DNA from: Nageia nagi
Taxonomy: Eukaryota > Plantae > Pinophyta
Direction: 5' to 3'
Assembly (NCBI GenBank): GCA_050084985.1
Contig: JBITNC010000001.1
Location: 112,282,001-112,346,000 of the forward strand
DNA length: 64,000 nt
The notes under the pieces were generated by a model, which was given only the letters and a program-made list of their open reading frames with translations, was not told where the DNA came from and did no database searches. This document shows, piece after piece, positions 13,057 through 26,690 of this stretch. The position numbers and the translations under genes are program-made. Within the stretch, counting starts at the first letter, position 1; every line of letters starts with the position of its first letter.

Positions 13057-14996
13057 TGTTGTGCATGTTGGTTGTCAACTAGTTCAGGAGGTGTGCAAAT
13101 AAGCTAGCAATATGCAATTTGCACACCCATTGTTGACAAATTGATGCTCCACACTATGCTACCTTTCATTGCTCCATGCATGCAATCATAGAATATTGTA
13201 TTAATTCATAACTACAAAATATTAGATAAACCATGCTAATTCATCCTCACCCTATGAGACTCATTGGTGTTGATAAGGAATGAGTTTGATAATGGCTTGA
13301 TGTTCAACCAAGTGCCTTCCTTTCGATCTAATATAGAGGCCTTGTTATCTTGTTAAAGGATACAAATTTTAGGCATCCAAATCATGGCTTGCGAGAATGA
13401 TTCTGGTGATCATTCATACGAGATCTTTCTAGAAAAGCATGCATGTTTGATAAGTTTTGTTGTAATAGAATAGGAGAAATTAATTATTTTTATCCTTGTA
13501 AGATGAAAATATGTGTATAAGCATAGGAAGATAAGATACCAAAAAAATGGATTTCCCTCTTATGGCCATATTATATGAGACATTTGAAGGACTATATCAC
13601 AATGACATGGGATGGAGATGGGGAACATCTCTTGAGAGAGGGAGATAAACTTCAATACTAAAATCAAGGAAAGTTTGCATACAGAAAGGCATGGTGTAGG
13701 ATATTTTGTAGATAGATTAATATGTCATCTAGAATATCATTCTAATAAGTTTCAATTATAACAAATTAAATGGTTCAAATTTTAGTTTGACTTCTACTTA
13801 TTAGGATTTTAGGGCAAGCCATCATGCATGCTCATCAAAAATTTGGCTATCATCTCTCTGATTGAGTTATTTCTTCCAAGAGCAAAAGATCTATGATGAA
13901 GTTTTCATGCTATACCTCATTTAAATCTTTTGACTTATTTATTCATATATAGATATAGATATAGATGTAGATGTAGGTATAGATATAGGTATAAATATAG
14001 ATATAGATATATATATACAACATGAATAGAGTAAGGGAAGTGTTGATAATCAATTTTTCATATTGGTTGCAAGTGATTTTAAAGAGATTTTAGGATTTTA
14101 TTGGTTGTGATATGTATTTCTTTTTAAGTTTCCTAATATATTAGGAATAAAAGTTATTTTGTTATCAAACATTATTTGTATAATAAATATTATTATATGA
14201 ATTCATACCATATTAAAAATACATATTGTATATAATCAAGAAGCTATAAATATTAGTGGTAGAATGTTCACAAATGGAATTAATTTAGCTAAATTTATAG
14301 TGTAATTTTCAAGATGTATTTAATTTTTGAATATGTAAGTTATATATTTATTTTTTTGTAATATTATATTAAATATTATTTTATTTTATTATATTTTATA
14401 CTTTTCTACATTGTAAACATCAAATCTAGTGTTATCATTTTTTGGAGGGAGTTCAATCTTAAGGTAAATTATTAAAGGAACTTCCTTGAGATCATCAACA
14501 AGGTAAATTTTAATATTTTCTTCAGTATAATTATAATTGAGATATACTCAAAATGTAGTCAAATCATAATACATTTAAATAGCCAATTATACATTTAAAC
14601 ATTTAATGAATTATAGAAGAGTCAAAGCTTGAACCATTATGGTATCAGTATTGGGGACATATGGTGTAATCTTAAGAACTAAATCATTGCATATAGTTAA
14701 GTTATTTATTAATTTTTTCATTCATAAAATTAGCTTAATCAAAATACTAAATTCATTTTCGTAAGGCATTTTGTTGAACTTAACTATCTTCAATATAATT
14801 TTTTTTATTTTTATTAGTGATTAAAACCTTTAATTGTAAATCCCTAAACTACCATTCAATAGAAAAATAATTCATGCATTCAAAACTTATTGAAAGAAGT
14901 GGTAGCTTAAATAAAGGAGATTAAGAAAGAAAAAATATAATGAAATGGAAGAATCATTATATATGACAAAATAGAAAAATAAGAATACAAGAGCAT

Positions 14997-17357
14997 AACA
15001 CCTCAATACACTCTCATTATAGTAGTATAATCTCTCACCTACAAGCTTAAAATAACATTACTCAAAAATGGATTCCCCTTATATTCTCCTCTTCCAAGTA
15101 TTACAACCTATGTATGCCTACATTGCCATTACAACTCTAATATTACTTCTATGACCATAACAAGCATTATATGCATGCACATGTTTGCATGCATATGTGT
15201 GTGTGTGTGTGCACACGTGCATGTGCATCACTTCGACTACCTTGTTGCCATTCTCAATGATGCCTACCTTTGGAACTACCATTTGTAATTTACCATTAAC
15301 TAGTTTACCTCTATTAAATGATGTGATATTCAAAATCTAGGGTAACTTCTTCAAATAGTGATATAATTTGCATCAATTATTTAAATGAGCTGCTCAATAA
15401 GACTTTAATCCATCAGTTACTAATATATATCACCAAATTAACATTGTTTTTAATTAATTATCAAACACTATTTTCAATCATCAAGGAGAAAAATTACTGT
15501 TATGTGGTGAATTAGTTTCTACACATCTAACAATTTGCCATATGAAGATGATTCACATCTATCCATCATTGTTCCACTATGCCATTAACAAACTATTTTT
15601 AAGAATTTCACCTCATTCAAATTATCTAATAATATAATTTCTAACCATTAAAATAAGATGTATGTCAACCTCACATCTTCTCCTTAGATCAACAAATATC
15701 CTCACAATCTTCAATATAAAACATTTCTCCTACTACTCTATCAATCTCCACACCTTTGCAAATAGGAAACATACATTGGAAACTTTGATTTTCAATTATA
15801 AGCTTCCATTGGCCAATCTCATCTTGTTACTTAATGAATGTTCTATGTTCCAAATAAAAAGTCAAATTGATTACATTTTTTGCAACCCATTTCTATGGTA
15901 GCTCCCCACTCTAACTTAAATTGGAATTAATGCAACATTAATCTCTATACCAATTATTGGGATTTAGCATAATTGATATGTGAAACAAAATACATGAGAA
16001 GGAATAAATCATTATTTAGACAAAAGAAACACAAATTAATTTATGAGTTTCACCCAATAACTCATTGAGTTACAACATTATTATATTATTATACATAATG
16101 AGCAATCTTCTACATTACATTATTATGAATATTTCCGAGTACATCATTGCATTCTCACTATAGTATTACAATATCTCACATAAAAACTTATAATAAAAAT
16201 TACATAAGAATTACTAAATGTCATAACATTCTCCTCTTCAAAGCACTATTGCCTATATATGCCTACACCAACATTACAACTCTGGAATTACCTCTTTGAT
16301 TATAGCAAGTATTACATACATAGTATATATATAAATTATAATAAATTAATAATAGTTCTTATATTGTTATCACAATAGGGTTAGTCTAAGAAGTTGGGTC
16401 ACATTGATCTCAAAATTTGAAGCACTTAGACATGGAATATTGAACAAGGTTGAAATAAGGTAAAAATGTAGTGCTTTGAGTTTAGTTTTCTAATATATAA
16501 GTTATTCTAATATGCAGATGATAAAATTTATTTTTGATAGGTATGAATAAAACTCACTATTTAAAAAATTTTATTTTTGGACCATACCATGCATGTGTCT
16601 ATCACACATATTTTATTCTAAACTAAAGTATTTTTAGAAATAAATTTGGGAAAGATATCTAACACAATGAAGCTTATTATGAATATTTTTTCATAATTTT
16701 TTTAAGAATATTATTTTTCTTATTAATTTTTTATGGGTTGTAATTACAGTTTTAAAAAATGCTTGTGTCTATCATGCATAATTTTACCTAAAGTTATCAT
16801 TTTTTGAAACATGTTTTTTTTAAGTTTGTATAGAATTATATAAAGGTTGTACCTCTCTATATTTTTTTTCAAAATTCCTATAAAGTAAAAACTTTTTAAC
16901 AAATATTATTTTTTTAAGTCATAAAACTTCATCTTTATGTGGACTAATATTCTTGCAACCACCCAATAATAACAAGTTATGAATTGTATTCTCTTTAATA
17001 CCTTTTTGCCATTCTTAATTACACTTGCCTTCGAATGTGCCATTCATCCTTTGGAATTCAGGAGTCTACTTCCATTCAAACTATTATGTGTATTGCAATT
17101 GAAGATGTATCTATGAGAATGCTTTGGATTTGCCTTTAGATGCAATGATACACAGCTTAGAATTTAGGGAAACATTTCCAAATAATGATATCATTAGCAT
17201 TCATTAATTAAATGAGACTCTCAATAAGAATTTAATCCATAGGTTACTAATATATGTCACTGATATAATATTTCCTTTTTTAATTATTAAATACCCTTGT
17301 CAATCATCCATGAGAAAAATATTGTTGTGTGGTAAATCAGTCTTCACACACCCAACA
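14997..17357 (-). mobile_element. Degenerate LTR retroelement remnant (two LTR-like direct repeats with short internal part)
   Basis: 14997-15532 is homologous to ~16135-17357, which is interrupted by a MITE. Both end in AACA (TGTT on the minus strand). PBS-like CTCTATACCA at 15943-15952. Confidence 0.5.
16378..16964. mobile_element. MITE with GGG...CCC termini and 4-bp TSD (AATA)
   Basis: AATA|GGGTTAGTCTAAGAAG ... TTCTTGCAACCACCC|AATA; interior is reverse-complement homologous to 45660-45990. Confidence 0.8.
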
Positions 17358-17381
17358 ACATGATGAAGGATATCTTGAATA

Positions 17382-19530
17382 TTTTTTTATTTTTCTAATG
17401 AAAAAGTCTTTCCATTATATTAAGAAATCTTCTTCATACAAAAAAGGGCATGTGGGATTTACATACCTCATATAGTGTCCCATTGATTATTCAAAATAAT
17501 CATCATTACAAAAAAAACTTTGATGAATTAAAAAAAGCATAGCTACTAAGGGAAGCTATTACCACCAACACACATCTCAAAGTCCAACCAACCAACTAGC
17601 AAGCATTTAATAGTATTCAAATAGTATTTAGATAATATAATATTGAATGGGGTATGATTCTCATTTCCTTGAAAAGTATTTCTCATTTCGTTGAAGCTTG
17701 TGAGGGTAAAACATCCCATCCATTATTTATATGCTTTAGAGCATAAGGTGCATTCCCCCAATGGTCAAGTAGATTCTGTAAGTGTTGCACTTCCATGTTC
17801 ACTTTTTTAACTTGAACCATAATTTGCAACCAAGAGTAAAAAAATACATAGTGCTTATTAATAAGAGAGAAAGAGGTTGAATCCTCTTTTCTCCTAAAGA
17901 TAATATTATTTTTGATTTTTCATAGATGGTAGAGAATACTAATCTAAAAAATATGCCAAACTTCACTAAGAGGTTCTAAAAAGAGAACAAGATATCCTAG
18001 GTTAGCATGAATCCAATTAAAAGGAGAAGTAAGGAAAGGATTGAAAAATGAGAGAACCCAATACTAGGCTTCACAAGATTTAGTAAAAGGCCAAAAAATA
18101 TGAATAAAATCCTCTAGTTCCAAAAGAAATGCATAACTCCAGTTAACCACACCCAAATACACTCAACAATGGCTAATAAGAAGTCCCTGATAAAGTAGAC
18201 TAGAGATAAACAAAATCTTCTTAGGTCCTAAATACTTATCTCATACTACATTAAATGTAAGAGAACACCATAATAATAAGACACCTAATCCCATCACAAG
18301 ATCAGAGTATCAAACATGGGAACATTGGTGGAAAGCCAAGTATATCCAAGGTGAGGCTTATACTTCAAAAAATTGGCATTCTTGGGCCAAGACTAATCAA
18401 ATCATAGAGGATTTTGAAAATGCTTACCAATATGAGACCAAATAGACAAGGGAGTATAGTCAATCATGATGTCAAAAGTGGTTTTCTCATATTCCTTTAG
18501 ACCATATCATATTCTAAAAATTTCCATAGAGAACTAGTTATTGGTGTGAGGATCTAAAACATTAGGAAGAGAGTTAATTTCATTTTTATGAAACATTAAA
18601 GTCTCAACCAATGAATTTTAGCCAAAGAAATACCTTCAATAAAAATTATAGGATATCACCACAAATTAATTATGGAAATGGAGGCCCCTGTATACTTTCT
18701 ACAAAGTTTCATTGAAATGCAGGGATTGAAGGCTTCCCAAGCCTTCCAAATATTCTTGATAACAAAAGATCCAATAATCTAAAGTAGAATAGGAACTATA
18801 AGATTTATCTATAGAGAATTTCCTTTCCAAACTTTTTTTCCAAAGAGAAGGCTTGAGACCAAACAATGTCAAATAAGAATTTTCTAGGCTTCCTCTCTAG
18901 TTAAGATTCTTAAGATCCCCTTTACAAAGAGAGCATACTATTGGCTCTGGTAGTTAAACAACTTGATACCCCCAATAGCTTGAGGAATACAACAAATATT
19001 CCAAGCAACTCTATGCAAATAAAAGGATCAAATAAAAATCTAAAGAAGGTTATCAGGTTTTTAATAATAAGCTTTCAAAGGAACCCAACAAGAAGAATAG
19101 TATACATAGGTACAAGCCAACACCATGGAACAAATTTGAAATGTCCTAGCCAAAGATAATTTCTTAATCACCCAATAACTAAGTTTTTATCAACTTTTTG
19201 CACTACAAAATTTCAATGCTAAATAGGAGAAGCTTGGAAGGAAAAAGGAATGCCTAGAAATTTGAACATCTCACCATTTTGAATCCACTTTTAAGGAAAA
19301 TGAGAAAGGAAATCAGGAAGTGGATGAATAGACTACCTATAGCAAGAGGTTTTCTTCCATTAAATAATATAACTTATAGCTAAGAAGAAAGTATCAAGGT
19401 ATTTGAGAGAATTTGTAACAAATTGCCTTACTTCTCTAAGAGTGAGAAAAGAATCATTAGCAAAATGGCCATTTACAAGTTGATCCTAGGATTTAGGAAG
19501 GGAAATCACCTTAAGAAGTATTTGGGAAGA
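17382..19530 (-). mobile_element. 5'-truncated, decayed L1 LINE (ORF2 RT C-terminal half to 3' end)
   Basis: Minus strand reads FKFLGIPF near 19240-19266, then WVIKKLSLARTFQICSMVLACTYVYYSSCW; A-rich tail near 17382-17395. Confidence 0.8.
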
Positions 19531-19932
19531 ATGATCTATTTATTTATTATTTACAAATTATTAATTATTATTTATCATTTAACATCTATTTTTATTAATC
19601 TTTTTAAAAATAAAAATAAAAATCCTTCCTTCCCAATCCTTTATCATTGTCTTACAATTGCCTATTCAAACTCTTGTTCAATCCATGTGAGAAATTAAGA
19701 TTGAAAATAACCCAAAAATGTTTGATAATAATTATAAATATTAAAATGAAAAAGTTTAAAAAATACAAATGGATTTTATTGTTCTAATTATTTGACCTAA
19801 ACTTGAAATGATATTATTTAATATTGATATTTTAGACCATTATTTTTCACTAAATTTAATACTTCAAAAAATTTTAATATTTTACTAAGAGGATCAAACA
19901 CATGTGAGATAATTGTAAGATATGTTTACAAT

Positions 19933-20020
19933 ATATGCATATATAGATGCATACATATACATATACATACATACATACAAACACACATACATAGATACAT
20001 ATATATGCATGCATACATAA
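19933..20020. repeat. Degenerate (TACA)n/(TA)n microsatellite
   Basis: Direct reading. Confidence 0.7.
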
Positions 20021-21989
20021 AGATAAGGTTTGAAAAGAATCATAACAAACTTTTATAATGATTTAGAAAAAATATTTTGCAAATAAGGCTAAAGAAAATT
20101 ATTTTTTAAAGATGGATAAATTCAAAAACCACTAGATATTATTAAAAAATTCTATATGAATCTAATATATAAGTGTAAGACAAAAGAAAAAAGAAAAGTA
20201 ATGAAAATAGACCCTTAGAGATTTCTTTCCTTTTTTTCCTTTAGTATCCTAACAAGTATTTTTAAATTTCCTATCATATTGATATTCACTTCTCTAACTC
20301 TTGGTATTTACTAGCTTTGATATAACCCCTTATATATCAAAAAATGCTGAGAGATATCATTTCAAGAAGACATGTAAAACTTTGTGAATTCAGAGCATTT
20401 TATGATAAAGTTTTATGCGAACAGCAAGATAAGAAGCGTAAAAGAATTCAGAGTATAAATTGTATGTAAAATAAGAAATAATAAATATTATAGTAAAAAT
20501 ATATTTACAATAGCAGAGAATTAACTTATAATAAAATTAAAGTTCTCTTCTATTTTTACAATCTTTTCTTCCAACTTTGCTTGTTTGAATTCACTGCATC
20601 TCTCGATTGATTTGGGAATGAATTTTTATGATGTTTGATATTATTCCTTCCATTTATATAATAATTTTTGAAAAGATGTGTCTTAATATTTCAGTTAGCT
20701 ATATAATTTTAATTTTAAAAAAATTATTTTCCCACCAATTGTTTAACGGACGGACTCACATGTGACATTTTGCTCCCCCACTCCACCCCCCATGCTGTAG
20801 CTATAGAAATGCCTCTTGGCATAATTATGGGAGTTAATTATTTTTTATTTTGTTATTTTCTCAATCTTACTTTATATGAAGCATGCTCCTCCAAAAGAAT
20901 ATATAATGTCAATCCCATTTTTTATATGTAATGACCATTTCCTTACTCATGTATTTTTATATGGGTTCCCTCTTTGGATAGAGGTATTTTTGTGGTTAGT
21001 TCCTATTATTCAATTCTATTCTCAATACTTTTTCACTCTATATTATATAATTTTATTCATAGTATATTATCAAGGGTAGCCTCGTACTTCACATCTTTAG
21101 GTACCAGAGATCATAACTTATTGATATTAATGATGGGGTATTATTAGTGGTCTTTGTGCATTTGGTAATATCGCATAATAGCCTTTCTAAAGTAATGAAG
21201 ATGTATTTATTGAAGAGAACACAATGATGATGCATACCTTTAATATTAACACTAAAAATGTTTATAGTGCAAATTTATTTAAATCCTAATTTTTATGAAT
21301 TTTATAGGCATGTAACTAGCAAGCACAATTTATAGAATTATATGTTTTATTGGCATATAATTTATAAGTTTCTATCTATTCTCAAAATAATTAAGAAGGT
21401 AAACAATGTAGGTATAGTATTTTATTATGGTTGTATGTTGATAATAATGATGAATAAATTTGATGTATTCATAGTTCTATTTCGTTAGACTTGCATGGTT
21501 ACATACATATAATACATTAATAACTATTAAATTCATGTAAAACTTACAAAGGGAGATGATGAAAAAAGAGGTACAAAAAGATGGGATATAATAGGAAAAG
21601 ATGATTCAAACATGATAAGTCTATTAAAGTATTTCATTGAAAATTATAAAATGGATATTTTTATATCACATGCAATGAAGATAAGCATAGGTCAAAGATA
21701 ATTAAAATATATGGGATAAGGAGAATGAGTTTTACACATCTCAAGGGGTATTAAGAGAAATAAAAATAGAACAATAGAGAGATAAGTTGCAAGGTAACCC
21801 TATGGATAAGTCACTTAACTAACTTACAAGTGTGTATAGACTCAACCACCCAATGTATAAGAATCATTTTGGAGTTTCCTAACATAACTAAAAATAATAA
21901 TATGAAAATAAATATAGTGCATTATAGGATACTTTTATATCCCCTTCAAATTTAAGAGAAAATAACGCAAGGAATATAGAGTAGAGAGA

Positions 21990-22235
21990 AATTATAACAT
22001 ATGTAAACCACCTTTTATTTGACTATAAGTTTATAGACATTGAGGTTAAAGGAGTATCTTATAACTGGTAAGATACAAGGTTTGGAGAAAATATTATTTT
22101 GTGTAGATAAAAGAAAAATCTTATTAATCACAAGTAATCCTCTAGAAGGGAATCATCGACCCAATAGCTCATTCAAGGATAGTGCATACCTGTAGTGCTC
22201 CTACTTCTTTCCAACTTCAAAAATCCTAAACATTT
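21990..22235 (+). mobile_element. Highly decayed LINE endonuclease fragment
   Basis: DIEVKGVSYNW*DTRFGENIILCR resembles the L1 endonuclease motif D...G..YTW.N.R.G...I..RLDR. Confidence 0.45.
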
Positions 22236-22259
22236 AGACCTATTTTTTGTTTAAATTAA

Positions 22260-22450
22260 ATACTTGAATGGTGTAGGAATAGACTAGATGATCCACATAA
22301 GCATGTCAATATTATTAGCTACCAACACCTATATGGAAAGATTGGTGGAATCTAGAATAACCAACCTTGATTGAAAACTTTCTAGTGTTCACTTCTCAAC
22401 ACTTATCCCATTGGAAGATGCCACATATGTGACCCCACCACTTTTTGTCC
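22260..22450 (+). mobile_element. Gypsy integrase C-terminus/chromodomain remnant
   Basis: VESRIT...FLV...YPLEDATY resembles the chromovirus YLVxW...PxEDATW motif. Confidence 0.35.
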
Positions 22451-23611
22451 ACTAATAGTGTAACAAACATTCCAGTCATGGCATTGTTGTTTCCTACTTG
22501 GGGCCAATATCAACCAAGAGAATTCTCATCCATAAGTTTAAAAATCTTCATCCAATGTATGAACCTTTGCTTTATAAGTGCAAATAGATTATCTTAGAAA
22601 ATCATCCATATGAATTAGGTAAATGTCATTTTCAATGGAATACTTATCATATTCCTATTTGTTACACTATAGGTAGTATTACTACCAATTACCCTCAACT
22701 AATAACTATAGTTTTATTGATTGCTATCATCATTTGATACCCTATTAAGCATATAGGACACTACCTACCCATATCTATCAACTAGGCCCACCATGGAGTC
22801 GAACATCCCCATGCCCATATCTTAAGGAGCCATGGGTGATAGATTAATAATACCTATGAGTGGTTTTTTGAATCTAATAAATTTCCTTAGTAATCATGTA
22901 TGATAAACCCAAAAGTAAGAACTCATCAAGCGTATTCAATAAGTTTTGATAAAAATTATTCATGAAATCACCAATGAACATTCAACAATAATTGCATAAT
23001 ACAAATAAATATCATTACTTAAAAAGTATAGCATATAAAAAGAATAATGAAAACTCTTGAACAACTTCTTATAACAAGGAAGTGTATCATAAATTGTATC
23101 AATTCTTATCCAATAATAACCATGTTTTATTTGAATAATTTTCCAAGGTGCTATGAAGCAAAACTTCAATAGATTAACTAGTCTTATCCTTCGAGTATTC
23201 TAAATCATTCCAAGTCTTATTTGTACTAGTTTTCCTTTGTGTATAGAGAATGTTCATATCCTAACATTTTAACTAGATTTGAGTTACTTTACTCATAAGG
23301 TATTAAGGATAAAATAATTTTCAACCTTCTCACTTTAGATTAGTGGACAAGACCATTATATATTACTTGGGATCTTATTTGATTCTTTATAATAATTTTG
23401 ATGCATCATCTACATGCTCTTACAAAGATATTATGGTTTAATTTCTATATATTAGGTACGTAATCCAATATAAATCTCAACCTTCCCTATGTATGGATAA
23501 CTGACTAAACTATCTTATGCGATCTCCTTCCTTTAATAAACCATATTAGGTTATGAACTTAGTTTCTTTTACTTTGATTCACCAACTAATTTACTTAAAG
23601 GTATTTCAAAG

Positions 23612-24590
23612 TGATGCACCCATAATATCCAATAACACTTTCTTTATGAAGCAGAATAATACCCTAACGTCTAAAATGCATAAATTTTGATGGAGATATC
23701 ATTTTGAGTCCACTTAATTTTTAAATCATGCAAAAATCTAGAAGATTGTAATGTCTCCCATGTGAGATAATTTCAAGGCTTGAAGTGTTTGCAATACAAC
23801 TCAAATTTTTATTTTGCTTTTAGTTCTATGTTTAAGTTCTATTTTTATAATACTTGCATGTATTGAGTAATGGATGCATGGCTCTATTTTAAGCCTCATC
23901 TAAGATATATTATATGGTTTTTTAAAATTTGAAAGAAAGAAAGAGATATTGAATAAAAGATGATTGTCATCCTTTTAAGGATGCAGTGTAGAATCAAAAG
24001 AATAAAGAATTCTTATTATCAATTTTATTCTTTCATTAATTTACTTGTGTATTGTGAATCAATTTTGAATATCTCTTTTGATCTCTTGTAGATATCTACA
24101 TCATTTGGTACTAGAGCCTATTGATCTTGGTGGATATAAGATTAGACTTGGATCACCATGGAAGGAAAGTAGATAAAGAAGCAACATGAATAGTTGCAAT
24201 GAAAGGATACTTAGAGTAGTATAAAGTGTGAATGTAGACATCTCATGTAGAAGACGAAACTTTTATGCTTCAATATTGAGTATCTTGAGGTAAGGAGAGT
24301 CAAAGAAGAGCTTGGTTGATACCTTGTATTAGAATTATGAAGAAGATAAAAGTCCCATGTAGGAAGAGGAATATGAGATTAACAAAGGAAATAATGGTCG
24401 ACATGGAAAAGGGCTTTAAGATTCCTTATTGTTATATAATTATAGAAAAGAATATGGTTGTAGCTAAGATTTTTGAGTAGGTGATCAAGAGTATGCTTAA
24501 AGAAAAAAATAGATAGACTCAAAATGATATTTGGATCAAAATTTATTCTTTGAAAATTTGGGGTATTATTCAACTACATAAAGAAATTGT
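23612..24590 (+). mobile_element. Gypsy (chromovirus-like) LTR with PBS and decayed gag start
   Basis: TGATG at 23612 ... CATCA at 24103, then TT-TGGTACTAGAGC (tRNA-iMet PBS-like) at 24106-24117. Confidence 0.55.
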
Positions 24591-26382
24591 AACTAGATAT
24601 TATAGGTGCGTCACAATGGATATATTTAGATTATAAAACCTTACTACTATAAAAGGTACCCCCTATCCCAATATATCTAATAGATATCTTTATACACATA
24701 GTAAAATAATATTTTTCAACTACATAATATAGAAAATAAACCAATAAATAAGAAATTGTACATAAGTAAGTAATTCCAATAAATTCCTTAAATACTCATT
24801 TAGTGTATGTACATTTTAAAAATGATATAATTAAAATGTTAAATTATCACTATTTTATACAAGATATTGATGTAGAAAAAATATAACAAATAAAATTAGA
24901 TATTACCATAATCATTTTTATCATTATTTCTAAAAACTACTATGATAGTTCTAAATAAATATTTGATATAACAAAATAGTATTTAAATAAAACATAAACT
25001 ATATACCTTTTAATGTCTAATCTTACAATAACATATTTTAGAAGATAGTATTTATAATGAATAACATATATGTTACTATGGAATGTTTTAAATGAATGTA
25101 TTTAATTCCTTTATAGTTGTTACCTTTTTTATTATTAGATAAGTAAACTAATAAAATAGTTTATTATTGTTGTTAGTTGCATGATGTATTTATCTCCAAA
25201 GCATTTTTGTCACTTTGATTTTGTATGAAATGAATAAATTTTGAACAAATTCAAACTAATCATGCATGTTTTATTCTCTATATGGTATATGGAACTAGTC
25301 AATCAAACATGTTTGAGCATAACACTATAAAACAAAATAAATGCACCCGATTTCACAACTCTTTCTAGTTTTTCAAATAATATTCTACAATTTAGAAAAC
25401 TTTCTTGATGTTGTTTGCTAATGTTCTTATTGATGTTGTTCACTCATGTTATGCTTCTGATATGTGCTTATAGTTGTGGTGACATGGTATAAAAATTTAA
25501 CATATTTGGTGTATCGATGGTTTCCATGTAAAATAAAAAATAATGAAAAAATTAAATCTTAAGGTGAAGAACCAAAAATAGAATTAAAAACTTAAATCCA
25601 AATGTTAAAAAATATTTCATGGTGGACCTACTCTCTATCAAATTTTAATCTATGGATTTGAAAATGATCTCCAATAGCTCAAATATGATGCCTACGACCT
25701 AATGAAATAATAAATTTAAAAGGATTATAGTTAAATATAAAATTAATAAAACATAATTTGAGTTTGAGTTTAATTTTAAATACATTTTGAATTTTTCTTT
25801 TACTAATTCTAACATTAATTTAAATAATTGTATAATTATTCATCATTCATATAGTTTTTTTTTGTATTTCTCTATGATTATTTACCATCATCTTGTAAAA
25901 TATAAAGGCTTGCAAATGAATACTAATAAATATTCTAAATAGTAATAATAATATGATATATAAACCATAAGAATAAAATTATTCATAAGATAATCGCAAT
26001 TACAATTGCAAAAAAAAATATCTAATACTAAATATTTTATGTTTAATTTAATTATGTTGGTAGTCCACCTTAGAAGTTTTGAGAAAGAAAGTTCAAATCT
26101 CTTTCCCCAACTTAATGAGAAACAAATATACTATTCAATCAAGTTGGAAATAAAAATAATAACTTATAAATAATATAATTTAGATAAAAAAATTATTTAT
26201 CAATTTATCCATTCTCTAATGGTGAATTATCCTTCAGGTTAAAAATTGAGTTTCAAATTCCAATCCTCATGCTAAAATAATTTACAATGAAAACATGGTA
26301 AAGTTAAAAGGATCTAACTTACACACCCCTATCACTTCTCATTGATAATTTGTAATCCTGGAATTCAAAGAAGAGACACAAT

Positions 26383-26433
26383 CTATAACCCTACGTATCT
26401 ATCGATCAAGGTAGTGTTCTCTTTAGAATTTCT
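26383..26433 (-). pseudogene. C-terminal fragment of a third type-A dioxygenase copy
   Basis: Reads RNSKENTTLIDRYVGL*; the 3' flank 26310-26390 matches the 3' flank of A2 at 36315-36395. Confidence 0.7.
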
Positions 26434-26690
26434 TGAAAACATTATGGAATTTTAAAATATATATCTATAATGATCAAGAAAGTATAACTTACATAACAAG
26501 AAATAATTTTTATGTAAAAAATTGATATCACAATCCAATCCAACAATTCAGTATATTCATAAATTGAAACATGTAGTTTTTTCTTTTATATAATTATAAA
26601 CTGAAATAGTTTTGAATTCTAAAAATTTGAATTAAATAATGTTAAATATATTATGAATGTATCATGTATAATATATTCAGTAGGCATTAT

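Larger units (their letters stand above)
7446..13692 (-). pseudogene. Type-B DOXC dioxygenase pseudogene, copy B1, split in exon 3 by a copia element
   Basis: ATG at 13692; 13057-13692 is collinear with 30509-31177; the last codons lie at 7446-7478; many CpG-type transitions and small deletions. Confidence 0.85.
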
